Source: Gracilinanus agilis (taxonomy: Eukaryota). Taken from it: a DNA stretch of 61,095 bases. The notes beneath the pieces were generated by a model. That model did not search any database and was not told where the DNA came from. It saw nothing but the letters and a program-made list of their open reading frames with translations. Where the stretch lies: contig NC_058135.1 of the NCBI RefSeq assembly GCF_016433145.1, positions 264,850,776-264,911,870 on the forward strand. Reading direction: 5' to 3'. The position numbers and the translations under genes are program-made. Shown here piece by piece: positions 26,203 to 37,945 of the stretch; position 1 is the stretch's first letter; the number at the start of each line of letters is the position of its first letter.

Positions 26203-26467
26203 GCTTCGAGTGTGACTTCAACAATGACAGCCTCTGCCAAAGGATGAATATCACTTTTGGGTGGTTATCATTACACCAAACTCTGAGATCAAAAGACTTT
26301 TGGTAAAGACATCAGGGCAAAAACTCATTGGGGAAGCCGATAGTGTCTTTATTACCTTTTTGGTGCTTTCCTTTCTCTCAGTATTGATGGGGTTTTCTCT
26401 GGACGATAACTCCACCATTGACCTTGTTGTGCAAGGAACAAATAAGTTGTATATTCCCAAGCTCTAG
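26203..26467 (+). ncRNA. Two candidate exons (26203-26302 and 26382 onward) separated by a 79-nt GT-AG intron
   Basis: Acceptor TTTCACACTACAG|, donor TTG|GTAAAG at 26303, and strong acceptor CTTTTTGGTGCTTTCCTTTCTCTCAG| at 26381. The 3' end of the last exon is undefined. Confidence 0.25.
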
Positions 26468-26942
26468 TTGACAGCACTGGAGCCTTGATGACTGTACCTT
26501 CCCAACCAGTGGGACAATTAAACTCTCATTCTCAGAAAAGAAAACAGAGTTGTCTACTGAAAGTAGTAAATACTGCCAGACTCCTAAATTTTTTAGGTAT
26601 CTGTCCTGTGTTTTATTACTTCTCAGGAAGCTCGGGTTTTCTGATACTGCTCCACGCACACAGTAACTCAGCACTGAAGTTCCAATTTTGGGAAACTAGT
26701 ACATTATGAGAAATAGAAATCTGTATTCTGATCTTATGGAGCCTTCAAGGAAGCTGTATTTCACATCTTATCCTACTCTTGCTTCTCACAGTACCAGACA
26801 CATAATGAATGCTTCCTTCCCGTTGGACCAAAGTACAAGAACTTTTAACTTGATTCCCTACATCATTAGGAGGGCACTGGGAATTAATATACCAAGAACC
26901 TACCCAGAGTCACAGAATTAAAGGGTGGTATTGTCAAGAGGG

Positions 26943-27182
26943 GAAGCTAGGTGGTACTATATTGTATGGAGTGCTCGACCTAGAGTCAGAAAGAGTCATC
27001 TTTGGGTCTGAATGTGGTCTCGGACATTTACTACCTGTATGGCCCTGGGCAAAGCACTTAATACTATTTGCCTCAGTTTCCTCATCTGTCACATGAACTG
27101 GATAAATAAATGGTCATCACTGTGATGTCTTTGCCAGGAAAACCCCAAACTGAGCCATGACAAACAATGGAACAAAACTAAC
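26943..27182 (+). mobile_element. MAR1-type CORE-SINE
   Basis: 'gaagctaggtggtac..' head, core 'tttgcctcagtttcctcatctg', and tail 'ctttgccaggaaaacccca'. Confidence 0.75.
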
Positions 27183-27239
27183 ACATTTCAAGAGAAACTA
27201 GACATTATATGGAATCCCAGAAGGAATCTGTGCTTTTGC

Positions 27240-27420
27240 AATCAAGGTTTTGAGTCAGAGGGCCTGGGTTCAAATTCTTTCAGTGTCACTTTACTTACTT
27301 ACATGACACTGGGCAAATCACTTAAGCTCTCTTTTTCTCAGTGTCCACATGTATATAATGAGAGAGGGGGATTACACTAGATTTCTTCTAAGGTTCCTTC
27401 CAGCTCTTAAAGGATTAACT
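27240..27420 (+). mobile_element. MIR-family SINE
   Basis: 'gcctgggttcaaat..catgacactgggcaaatcacttaagctctct..cagtgtccacat' and a MIR3-like tail 'ctaaggttccttccagctct'. Confidence 0.65.
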
Positions 27421-27659
27421 ATGATAATGTTGATTTCCTAATCTTAAAGAAGATAAAAATGAGTCCCAAATCAATGATGTAGTATGGAATGTTGTTACTT
27501 AATTCCATCCTTCAATAACTTGATATCGATTGAACCCCAAACATTGAAATGGAACCAACATGCCTACGATTGTGCTAGGTATCGGGAACATAAATACAAA
27601 AGGAATTTTATGTTTTAAAAGGATCTTACAAGGGAAATATGATGAGTTTACAGATAAGA

Positions 27660-27880
27660 ATATACCAGAGATAAATATAAATATATATGCATATATAAAA
27701 CACATATATCTCTTTGACATGTATATATATAAATACACACATATATGTATATAAATATATATATAATACATATATACAACTGATTGGAAATGTGTGTGCA
27801 TGTTTTCATCTGCATACATTATATGAATGTATATATATGTATGTATATGACATTTGTTATATTTATATATATGCACCTCT
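27660..27880. repeat. (TA)/(CA)-rich low-complexity tract
   Basis: Direct reading. Similar tracts occur at ~13440-13620, 45070-45200 and 60775-60860. Confidence 0.9.
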
Positions 27881-28670
27881 TCCATCATAACAGCATTATT
27901 TCTTCAAATAATATCCTTTTTAGGTATTATAGGCATACCCGTGGTGCCTAGAAGTGAATTCTATATTATAAATGTAGCTTAACAAAATAGAGTACAAATA
28001 GATGGTTTCTTCTCTTTCCTGGACAATATAATCTTAGTTTAATGAATCCTAGGACACCAGTTGTTAATCTAGATCTGAATTCTAGCTCAGTTATTGAGTA
28101 GCTGCTATCAATATAGCTGCTTAGTGCAGTGGATGGAAGGTTAGATCTAGAGTCAAGAAGCCCTGAGTTCAACTCCTATTTTAGACATCTTATATCTATG
28201 CATTTCTGGATTACGTTAATCCTTTAAAAGCTTTAATTTTTTGATCTACAAAACACGGCTAAGAATAGCACCTTCTTTACATGGTTGTTATTATCCAACC
28301 AGCTCCTTCTCCTCAGCAAAATTAGTAAATAAGGATTATGAGGGGGTCAATGATTACCTGGATTGGATCATATAATATATCTCTGACTCTTCTTTTCCTC
28401 ATTTAAAAAAATGAGTGTTGCCTTGATGGACTAATGGCTTGATCCATGGTACTTGTATATGATGGAGCATCTTTGTGCTGTGAGACACAATGAATATGAT
28501 CACTCCTGAAAACCATGGATAATTTCATATGAATGATGTAAAATGAAAGAAATAGAATCAAGGAACCAATACTATGATGTCAATGGGAAAAACAACAACA
28601 ACAAAACCACTCTGAACTGAATGTTGCGAAATTGTAATGAGGACACTTGATTCTAAAAATGTGATATAAG

Positions 28671-28847
28671 GGGGCAGCTGGGTAGCTCAGTGGAGTGAGA
28701 GTCGGGCCTAAAGACAGGAGGTCCTAGGTTCAAACCCGGCCTCAGCCACTTCCCAGCTGTGTGACCCTGGGCAAGTCACTTGACCCCCATTGCCCACCCT
28801 TACCACTCTTCCACCTATGAGACAATACACCGAAGTACAAGGGTTAA
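28671..28847 (+). mobile_element. Young SINE1_Mdo-type tRNA-derived SINE with 16-bp TSD
   Basis: Head GGGGCAGCTGGGTAGCTCAGTGG, B box GGTTCAAAC, tail 'aagggttaaaa'. TSD AAAAATGTGATATAAG at 28655-28670 and 28848-28863. Confidence 0.95.
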
Positions 28848-29267
28848 AAAAATGTGATATAAGAAAGCAGTTGGCAATTTCTTTGATGAGATAGGAAACT
28901 AGGCATACTAATGTCATTTTGTGTTGTTAAACTTTCTGATTTTTTCTTTATTTGATATATATCTAGGAATGGGAGTGAAGAGACATTTGGAAATAGAAAT
29001 AATAGTAAGATAAAATACAGCAATAAAATATATATTTATATTAAAAACATTGGGAGCTGGAATAAATGACTTAAGTTCCTCCTAGATCTAAAGCTACTAT
29101 CAAAGAAAACACAAGATAATAAAAGCAATTACTTCATAGAGTTGATGTGGGAATCAAATAAGAATTTTTGTTAGTACCATGTCAAACCCATTACCAAGTT
29201 CTTAATAAATGCTTATGTCTTTTGTCTTCCATAAAATTAATCTCTACCCAATTTAAAGAGAAGCTGA

Positions 29268-29510
29268 GGGCAGCTAGGTGGGTTACAGTGGATAGAATAA
29301 GGGAGACTCAATTTCATGAGTTCAAATAAAGCCTCCAACATTTACCAGCTGTGTGACCCTGGGCAAGTCACTTAATCCTATTTGCCTCAGTTTCTTGTCT
29401 ACAAAGTGATCTGGAGAAAGAAATAGAAAATGATTCCACTAACTTTTTCAAGAAAACCCTAAATGGGGTCTTGAAGGGTGTGACACAATTTAAATGATAG
29501 AACAACCACA
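29268..29510 (+). mobile_element. MAR1-type CORE-SINE
   Basis: 'gggcagctaggtgg' head, 'gctgtgtgaccctgggcaagtcacttaa' core and 'caagaaaaccctaaatggggtc' tail. Confidence 0.85.
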
Positions 29511-31122
29511 ATGACAAAGAGGTGTCCAATCCTGTGGGCACCTCGAATTAGTTACTCCCAGAAAATGAGGCAAAAATGCAGAACAGGCATATTGGACATC
29601 ACCAGTTGCTGATGCAGAATATCCAGGTCCTACAAGGGACTGACAACACTTGTAAACAGAAGAGTCTCAGAGATACTATATAATGCTTCTCTTTTGAGTG
29701 CAAGATAAAAAAGAGATCATAAATTCCTATACTGTATAGACAAACATATATAAAGAAAAGATTCAAATAACAACCATCCCAGCAAACGATTTAATTTTAT
29801 CCATCATAAAAATTTCTATAGATAATCAGAACCTGTAATTGCCAAAATTAGAATAATCAAAGATTAACGCACCAAAACGAACTAGGAGCTTCCAATGACC
29901 AATTTTTTTTTGGCAACACATCTGTGGATCCTCTTCTCCATAAAAGGACAGGATGAAAAGGAGAAAAGGAGAGAATACAGTAAGAGAGAGGTACAGGGCC
30001 ACTGAAAGAGGAAAGATATTCTCTTGGCATCAAGCTGTTTGTAAATAATTGGTTTCAATTGCAAATTCACATGATTCCCCACTGAGCTTTTCAATCAGGA
30101 TCCTCCAGTGGACCACAAGTGACCAAAAGACAGTCAGACAGTCCTTCCATGCTTCAGATGTGCTGAATGCCAGTAAGGCTATGATTCACAGAGGCATATT
30201 ATTATCCTGAGGGAACTAAGGGGCTCTTGATTATTGACAATCTCCCAAACTTTAAGGAGAAAATGGTATCTCTTTAAATTTCATGTCTCCAGTAATCTTT
30301 ATCATAGCACAGTGCTTGGCATATAGCACTTAATAAATTCATTCATTCATTTATCTATCCATTCATCTTCACATCCCAAACCTATATAGGAGAAGGGACA
30401 CAATCATGCTTGAGTTAGCCTTCCCCCAGCCCCTCCCATTGCCTGCCATTCCAGAGGGTCTCTGATTGCTCCCAGCATGCTGCAACCTTATTTTGTCAGC
30501 CAGCATCATCTTATTTCCTTAGTAGATTCCTTTCTGCCTCTTCTTCCCTGCGCTGTTAATTTATGGTCCATGCCATTCCCAGGGAGCACCAGTCTCATTA
30601 AAATCGACTCCTATTGCTTCAGTTCTGTCCATGTTAGTGGGAATATCATCATCACAGTGCACTTGTTCACCCACACCTACTTCTCACTCTTGGCCAACCA
30701 GCTGTCAGATAAACATAAAGAAAAGAGGCTTATTAAATATAAAGAAAAACATTTCTCTGCATGATTTTATCATGTTTTCTAACAGAGAAATTATATATAT
30801 ATGTATATATATATATATATATATTTCAATTCCCAGTAGTGAATGATGATAATAAAATGACCTCTTTCTTAATAAAAACAGGTTTTTCTCCAAGTAGTTA
30901 AAACTGGTTAATGATTCAACAAAATGTGAAAAAGATGTATCTGAAATAAGAGAAATGCCAAGAAAAAATTTCCTCTTTTACTTATTAAAAGAGGTAGAGA
31001 AGTCTTCACATGTATGGAAAACAGAACTGGTAAAGCTTGTAAAAACAGAGTACTTTGGGCAGTGATCAAAGAGAGAACAAGGATGGAATAGAGTGACTTC
31101 AAAATTTTAGACCATATTTCTA

Positions 31123-32930
31123 GGAGTGGGTCCAAGATGGTGGGGTAGAGAAAATATTCAGCTGAACCCTCTTAACATTTTCTCTGAATGACTTAAATAC
31201 AATTTCTCAAAATGAATTCTGGAGTGGCAGACCCGACAAAAGGTCAGAGTGAAACAATCTTCTAGTCAAAGATAATTTAAAAGTTTGGAAAGTCTTATCA
31301 ATAAGATACGGGTTGATGCTGGCCTGGAATCCATGTGGAAGAAATTCTAAAGGTGGTACTAAGTGGTGGGGAGAGCAGTTTCAGGAGCTCCCAAGCTACA
31401 GAGAATAAGGGTACCTGGAAACTGGTCAGAAAGAGACTCCAGGGGACCATGTTCTAGCACTGGAAACAGGACCAAATATTATTTGGTGACTACTGTCTCT
31501 ATCCACTAGAGTCATAATTCAAGGACAGGCAGATCAAGAGGAGATGGAAGCCCTGTGGAATTGTATCATTTCTGGTTGCAAGGAACATGGAACTTTGAGA
31601 ATCAATTACAGTCCCGAGAAATCAGGGATCCTTCATGGGTAAGGGGCAGAGTAACAAGGAAAGCAGGGACCACTCTTCTCCTCAGATCATACAACTTTGG
31701 GAGCACCAAAAACTTACAAATCCCCAGAACTAGTTCTGAAAACAGAAGTGCAAAAAAGCCTGAAGCTTAGATACTACTCTCCCACTTATGCTGAGAATAG
31801 AGGCCAATGTCAACATAAAGGTCCAGATCAAGAAATAGGGTGAGAAAAATAATAATAAAAAAGAACCCAACTATAAAAAAACTACTATGGGAAGAGGGAA
31901 GATCAAGTCAGACATTGAGAAAAAGACAATGAAGCCATTTTCCAGTTCAAAGGATATGAACATTTTTCAAAAGAAGAAATCTAAACTATTAACAGTGTTA
32001 TGAAAAAAATGCTCTAAATCACTATTGGTTAAAGAAATATAAATTAAACAACTCTGAGTTTATCACCTCTCACCTATCAGATTGGTTGATGTGACAGAAA
32101 GGAAAATGACAAATGCTTTAGGGGATGTACAAAAATTTGGACATTCATTCACTTTTCTTTAAAAACCCTTAACTTTTGTGTATTGGCTCATGGTGGAAGA
32201 GTGGTAAGGGTGGGCAATGGGGGTCAAGTGACTTGCCCAGGGTCACACAGCTGGGAAGTGTCTGAGGTCAGATTTGAACCCAGGACCTCCTGTCTCTAGG
32301 CCTGACTCTCAATCCATTGAGCTACCCAGCTGCCCCCATTCATTCATAGTTAAGTTATAAACTAGTCCAAACTTCTAGAGAACAATTTTGAACTATGCCT
32401 TAATAAGCAAGTAAAACTGTTCACACTCTTAGACCCAGAAATATCAATACTAGGTCTGCATTCCAAAGATATTCAAGAAAAGCAGAAGGGGCCTATTTTT
32501 GAAAATATTTATAGAAGATTTATTTTGTGGTGGCAAAGAATTGGCAATCGAATGGTTGCCCATCAAATGGGAAATGGCCGAGCAAGTTGTGATGGAATAA
32601 TATTTTGCTATAAGAAATGATGAGCAGGGTGGTTTCAGAAAAAACAGGGAAGATTAATAGGAACTGATCAACAGTGAAGAGATCCAGGAGGAATATGCAC
32701 AGAGTTATATAAATATTGTAAGGCTAATCAACTGTAACAGCTTTTCTGATCAAGACGATGTTCTAAGACAATCTCAAAGAAGTCATAAGTGATAATATTC
32801 ACCTACAGAGAAAAATATGAAGAATTATGAATGTCAAGTGAAGCATACCATTTTAAATGTTCTTTATATTTATTGTTTTATGTATATTTTCTTTTGCAAT
32901 GTGGCTAATATGGAAATGTGGTTTTGTGAA
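31123..32930 (+). mobile_element. Internally deleted L1 (5'UTR and ORF1 start joined to ORF2 3' end and 3'UTR), interrupted by a SINE
   Basis: Starts with 'ccaagatggtggggtagag'. ORF1-start-like 'aaaaagaacccaactataaaaaactactatggga..gggaagatcaa' at ~31860-31907, then 'caaaggatatgaaca..gaagaaatc' (ORF2 C-terminus) from ~31948. Confidence 0.75.
32155..32337 (-). mobile_element. Young SINE1_Mdo-type SINE nested in the L1
   Basis: Reverse complement of the same family as 28671. Flanked by repeated 'attcattca', a probable TSD. Confidence 0.93.
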
Positions 32931-32945
32931 AAAAATCCAAGAGAC

Positions 32946-33250
32946 TGTAGTACTGGGTAGTAAATTAGTTTATTAATTGACCAGTCAATTACAAATTAAT
33001 TTAGCAAAATAATTATCTGTTAAAAAAGACCCTCAGTTCTCATGTGAGGATTTGTAAGTACAATTTGGGAGCTAAGCCCTTGTACCCCACCAGACATCCA
33101 AGGCATCTCTAATTGGTGAATAGCACATTGAGAGGTAATACATCAAAACTCTCAATACATATCTATCCCTAGGTCATGATGGGCAGTCATGTACATAGTT
33201 ATGCCCCTCCCCTCATGAGGAAGATTCTAGGTCTCTCTGGTCATGACTTA
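32946..33250 (-). mobile_element. Probable ERV LTR fragment
   Basis: Terminal TGTAGTA, antisense polyA signal 'tttattaa' near the left end, and LTR-like composition. No TSD found. Confidence 0.4.
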
Positions 33251-33265
33251 CCTTTTCTAATTATT

Positions 33266-33467
33266 CTTTTTTTTAACCTTTACCTTCTATCTTAGAATTG
33301 ATACTATATATTGGTTTCAAGGCAGAAGATCTGTAAGGGGTAGATAACGAGGGTTAAATGATTTGCCCAGGGTCACACAGCTAGGAAGCATCTGAGGTTA
33401 CATTTGAATACAGGATCTCTTGCCCATAGGCCTGGATCTCAATCCACTGAGCCACCTATCTGCCTCC
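33266..33467 (-). mobile_element. Opossum SINE (SINE1/SINE2-type), older subfamily
   Basis: T tail, then 'accttctatcttagaattgatac..caaggcagaaga..gcccagggtcacacagctaggaag..atttgaa'. Confidence 0.85.
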
Positions 33468-33477
33468 TTTAATGATT

Positions 33478-33605
33478 CTTTTTTTTTTAAATATATTTTA
33501 AAAATATTTTTCCAAGGTTACATTATTTATGTTCTCTCCCTCCCCACTCCTGGAGCTGACAAGCAATTCCACTCAGTTATACATGTATCATCACTCAAAA
33601 CCTAT
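33478..33605 (-). mobile_element. Short L1 3' end
   Basis: T tail, then 'tccaaggttaca..ctctccctcccc..ctggagctgacaagcaattccact..atacatgtatca', the antisense opossum L1 3'UTR. Confidence 0.6.
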
Positions 33606-35173
33606 AATATTCTTAATGAGAAACTCAAGAATTTAGTTCTTCCATTAGCAAGAACACATCTAAACTAACTCTTATTTACTGAGCAAGAGGAGCCTCATAA
33701 TATCCCTTTTATCTTTACCAGGATCTAGGATGGGACATTATTTAGAATTCCTAAGAACAAAAGAATGAGTACTGAGGTCAAAGAACTGATCTGAACCCCC
33801 TAATTCCAAACCTAGATATAGAAATGATGCAAAATGTTAAAAATAATTTATCTCATTTCCTATGACTACACATGCATAATCAATATCAAATGGTTTGCCT
33901 TATCAAACATGGAGGAAGGGTAGGGCAAAGGAAGAGAATTTGGAATTCAAATTTTTTAAGAAAATGTTTATTTTAAAATAATTGGAAAATATTTAATGCA
34001 TAAAAGTGATACCTTTTCATACCCAACTCTATATGAAAATGGCAATATTTGTGACAATATGTGTCACCCTAGGAAGGTAGAAATGAAAGAATATAAGGCA
34101 CTCTGCAACTGGGTGTTATCAGATTGCCCACCTCAATGATCTAGAATTACACACAGATTTCCGTCTAGTATTTAAAGCCATCTATAACCTTAAGTATAAG
34201 CTTCTTTTCCAGCCTCATCCTGCACTACTACCCTTTCACCACTTTTCAAGGTAGGCACACTAGCCTTTTACCTCTTCAAGTAGAGCACTTCATCTCCTAC
34301 CTCCATAACTTTACCTAGATTATCTGCAGATCCTTGTTATAATGCACCTTCACGTTCTCTTGGACACCCTTGTTTTTCTTTCAATCTCAAATTTAAGTGT
34401 TACCTTCTGAAAAAAAGGTGATAATGGAATATCTTCCCATTACACTTCTCCATGAAGGCTTTCTTGTTCCTCCTATTTCCTTGAATTTATCTGCTTGATG
34501 CTGATATAAGCACTTGATATATCCACCAATAAACTGCAAAAGACCTTATTTAATGCAGGGATTGTTTCACCTTTATATTTGTATCCCAAATAATTCCTGG
34601 CAGAGACTAGGTCCTTAATATGTGTTACTTGATCATATACCCCTGTGGATTTCCTGAGATTTAAAAATGTCCTTCTCCAAATCTATGGACATAAATACAT
34701 CCTTTCAGTGAGCTCAGTTGTCTCATTTGGCCCTGATTGGTTTTCAAACTAAGCCCCAATATCTATTTTTTTTTACTTAATCTAAAGAAAACACAGATTT
34801 GAAACTTAGCTCTGTCTCTTTAATTTAAAAAATAGGCAAACCAACAAGGACGAACAGAATGAGAGAGACGGAGTCATTTCACACACACACACAAACACAC
34901 ACATTGGATTTGCCAAACCTTCTTACCAACCCAACACGTTATTCAGCTTCTACTTAAATAGGAGAGAATTGTTAATGGGTAATGATATCAGAGCTAAAAG
35001 GGACCTCAAAGAGATTATCTAATTTAACTCTCTAATGTTACAAAGGAGGAAAATAGGTATAAAAAGTGACTTCTCAAGAAAGTAGATGTAGGAAAAAGCT
35101 AAAATTCAGGTCTTCAGTCTCCTAACCCAGAGATATTTCTACTATGATGTGTTGCCTCTCAGAACTACCTATT

Positions 35174-35204
<31 letters not shown>

Positions 35205-35320
35205 AAGGACAAATGTCCTGGGCAGAACTAAGGCTCATCAACTTGAAATTTTCTTTATCCTCAGTGCTTGTTGATTGTTTTAGCTAATTGTTTGTTATTA
35301 TTAATTGCTTACATCAATTC

Positions 35321-35520
35321 TTTTTTTTTTAACTCTTACCTTCCATCTTAGAATCAAAAGTGCATATTGGTTCCAAGGCAGAAGAGTGGAAATATCTAGG
35401 CAATGGGGGTTATGTTACTTGCCTATAATCACACAGCTAGAAAGTGTCTGAGGGTATATTTGAACCCAGGACCTCCTTCTTCTAGACTTAGCTCTCAGGC
35501 TATGGAGCCATCTAGCTCCA
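35321..35520 (-). mobile_element. Opossum SINE (SINE2-type)
   Basis: 'cttaccttccatcttagaatcaa..ggttccaaggcagaagagtgg..tttgaacccaggacctcc'. Confidence 0.85.
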
Positions 35521-36918
35521 CTCATTTATATAAAATTTCAGAATTTTTGAGATCACTGAAATGGGCCCCTCATTCAAAATATTTAATATTTGCAAGTTAA
35601 GATGCCATATGTCTTACTGATTTTGCTAGGCTCAAGGTTACATGCATCTATCTCTATAGGAGTATAGAACACCAGTTCTTCTTACAGATATCCCTAGGGC
35701 ACATGAGGCTGAGGGACTTGGCACAGGCTTCTCTGTATTAGAGACAAGATTTAGATCTCCATTCTCCTCATGCCAAAGATGACTAGATCTATGCCCTGTG
35801 CCAGGCTCCTTCTATTTCCTCCACAGAATGTTAAGATGACTCTGTTTGTAGACTGCATACCATCTACTTCATTGTGTTCTTTTTCTACTCCTCCTGAGAA
35901 AACATTTATATTCAGTTTTTTTACTTGTTTCTTCACAATGCAATGATCAAAAATGGCTTTAATTTCTATGTGTGAAAGGCAAAGGCATAGAAACAGAGGC
36001 AGAGATAGAAAATTAGAGACAGGAAGACAGATACAGGAATAGGGTGAAACAGAAATGAAAACAGAAAAAAGAGTGAGAAACATAAGAAAGAGAAGGAAGG
36101 AGGGAGGGGAAAGATGGGAGGCAGNNNNNNNNNNNNNNNNNNNNNNNNNNNNNNNNNNNNNNNNNNNNNNNNNNNNNNNNNNNNNNNNNNNNNNNNNNNN
36201 NNNNNNNNNNNNNNNNNNNNNNNNNNNNNNNNNNNNNNNNNNNNNNNNNNNNNNNNNNNNGGGAGGTACAGAGACTTTCCATATTACTTCCTGAGCTATC
36301 ACATTCCACTCAGAAAATTATAATTGATAAGAAGATATACTTGCTATCAAAACTAAATTTGTTTCTTTGCAATTTGTGTTCCTAGTTTTGCCCTCTGAGA
36401 CCAAACTGCAAGTTCAATCACACTCCCACATGAGGGTCCTTCACATCTTTTAAATCAGTTTATGACATGTAAGTCTTCCCTCTTTGAGACATTAAAATCA
36501 GCATTTATAGATTAGAAAACTGAGGCCAAAAATTCAATAATTCTCCTATAAGTCACAAAGCTAGTGACAGAGAAACTATTCAAAACCAAGATTTCCAAAT
36601 TCCAAACTCTAACCATTATATAATATTGTCTTTCTTAATACATTATGTATATATTTAGAGATGACTATGTTTTCTCTCCCATTTGAATACAAGCTCCTTT
36701 AAGAGCTAGGGCTGTTTCATTGCTTTTGTATCCCTAGTATCTAGAACCAAGCTTGGCACACAGGGAGTGGCACAGAGGCTAAACAAATAATTTATTTGAA
36801 CTAAATAACTCCCACATGTCAAAATTTTCTCTCCTAATGCAGGTCAGTATATTCTCTTCAACATTCAGTCTTATAAAGTTGACTAGAGGGCACTGAGATG
36901 TTCAATGACTTTTCCAAG

Positions 36919-37455
36919 TGTCAACTAGGTTTTTACAAGTTTCCAGTTTGCCCCTGCTCACAGAGAACTCACTCCAAAGGAAGTCCCAGACTTACCTGTT
37001 TCCAAATGAACAATAGACTTTGAAGTGTTTGGTGCCCCCAATTTGTGTGGGACTAGTGGACAGAGTCAAATTTTAAGTAGCCTTTTTTGTCTTAGTAGCT
37101 TCTCCCATTGTATTAAAGTCCTCTCCCAGGAAGTCCAGTTCTTAGTTTGACACTTCCTTTTGTATTTATTTTAAGACTTTTCCCTGATACCCCAGCTGCA
37201 GGCTGCAACCTCTTTCCCAATCCTGTCAATGTATGTTTGCTATACCAAGTTCCCCAAAAGATATAAAAGATTCCTAAGTGCTATTATTCTTTGGAGAATC
37301 ATCTTGAGTGGTGATCCTTCCAGAGACATTGTCTCCAGAGCCCCAGGGTTTGGACTCTATGTAGCCTGGGGCAGATTTGGACCTATCTCTTTCCTGATTA
37401 AAGACTTGGTTTTTGCGAACTACTTTAGTAGTTCTGTGTTATTTCCAGGTTAACA
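36919..37455 (+). mobile_element. Solo LTR (537 bp) with 4-bp TSD CAAG
   Basis: TGTCAAC...GTTAACA inverted termini, TATA-like GATATAAAAG at ~37260, ATTAAA at ~37397. CAAG at 36915-36918 and 37456-37459. Confidence 0.8.
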
Positions 37456-37499
37456 CAAGGTCTTATGGTCAATATTTTGCCTGGCACATAGCACATACA

Positions 37500-37845
37500 T
37501 AGTTTGTCCTGTGTCAACTTGTGTGTGAATTGGATTTAAATGTCAGAGCTACACAAAACCAAAAGCCTCACTTGTCCAGAGGTGATACAAATATGAGGAT
37601 GCCAGGAGATGGCTCAGAATACAATGGATGACATTGGTGTCTCTGATACTTAATCAGATTCTAATTGTTCCATAGTGCCCACTTCAGCCCCTTTCATGGC
37701 TGTTGGAACAAATTGTTCTCATCTATCCATTCTGCCCTGGGAAAGTCTTCATATGCTTGGGGCAGACACTCCCTTAAGTTACTAGTATTGATTATCTTCA
37801 ACTTGGTTTAGATTACCTACTGAGAAGGTTTTTCCTGGGTGTGGA
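37500..37845 (-). mobile_element. RTE-related element (RTE LINE end / WALLSI-type)
   Basis: 'tttgtcct..gtgaattggatttaa..gagatggc..catggctgttggaacaaattgttctcatc..ggaaagtcttca.atgcttgggg' matches marsupial RTE-related consensus as recalled. Confidence 0.65.
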
Positions 37846-37945
37846 CATTGTACATATTGATACACAGTAGGTGTTTAATAAATGTTTATTGATTGACTAA
37901 CAGTTGATGAAAACTAATAGGTGAGATTCAAGACAGGATAAGAAC

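Noticed and set aside
26204-26240. 'FECDFNNDSLC' resembling a MAM-domain start (CDFE...LC)
   Set aside because: Downstream MAM residues are absent and the frame closes soon after. Insufficient for a domain call.
28671-28760. A-box/B-box sequence as a tRNA gene
   Set aside because: It is the tRNA-derived head of a SINE with a CORE region, tail and TSD. There is no cloverleaf 3' half.
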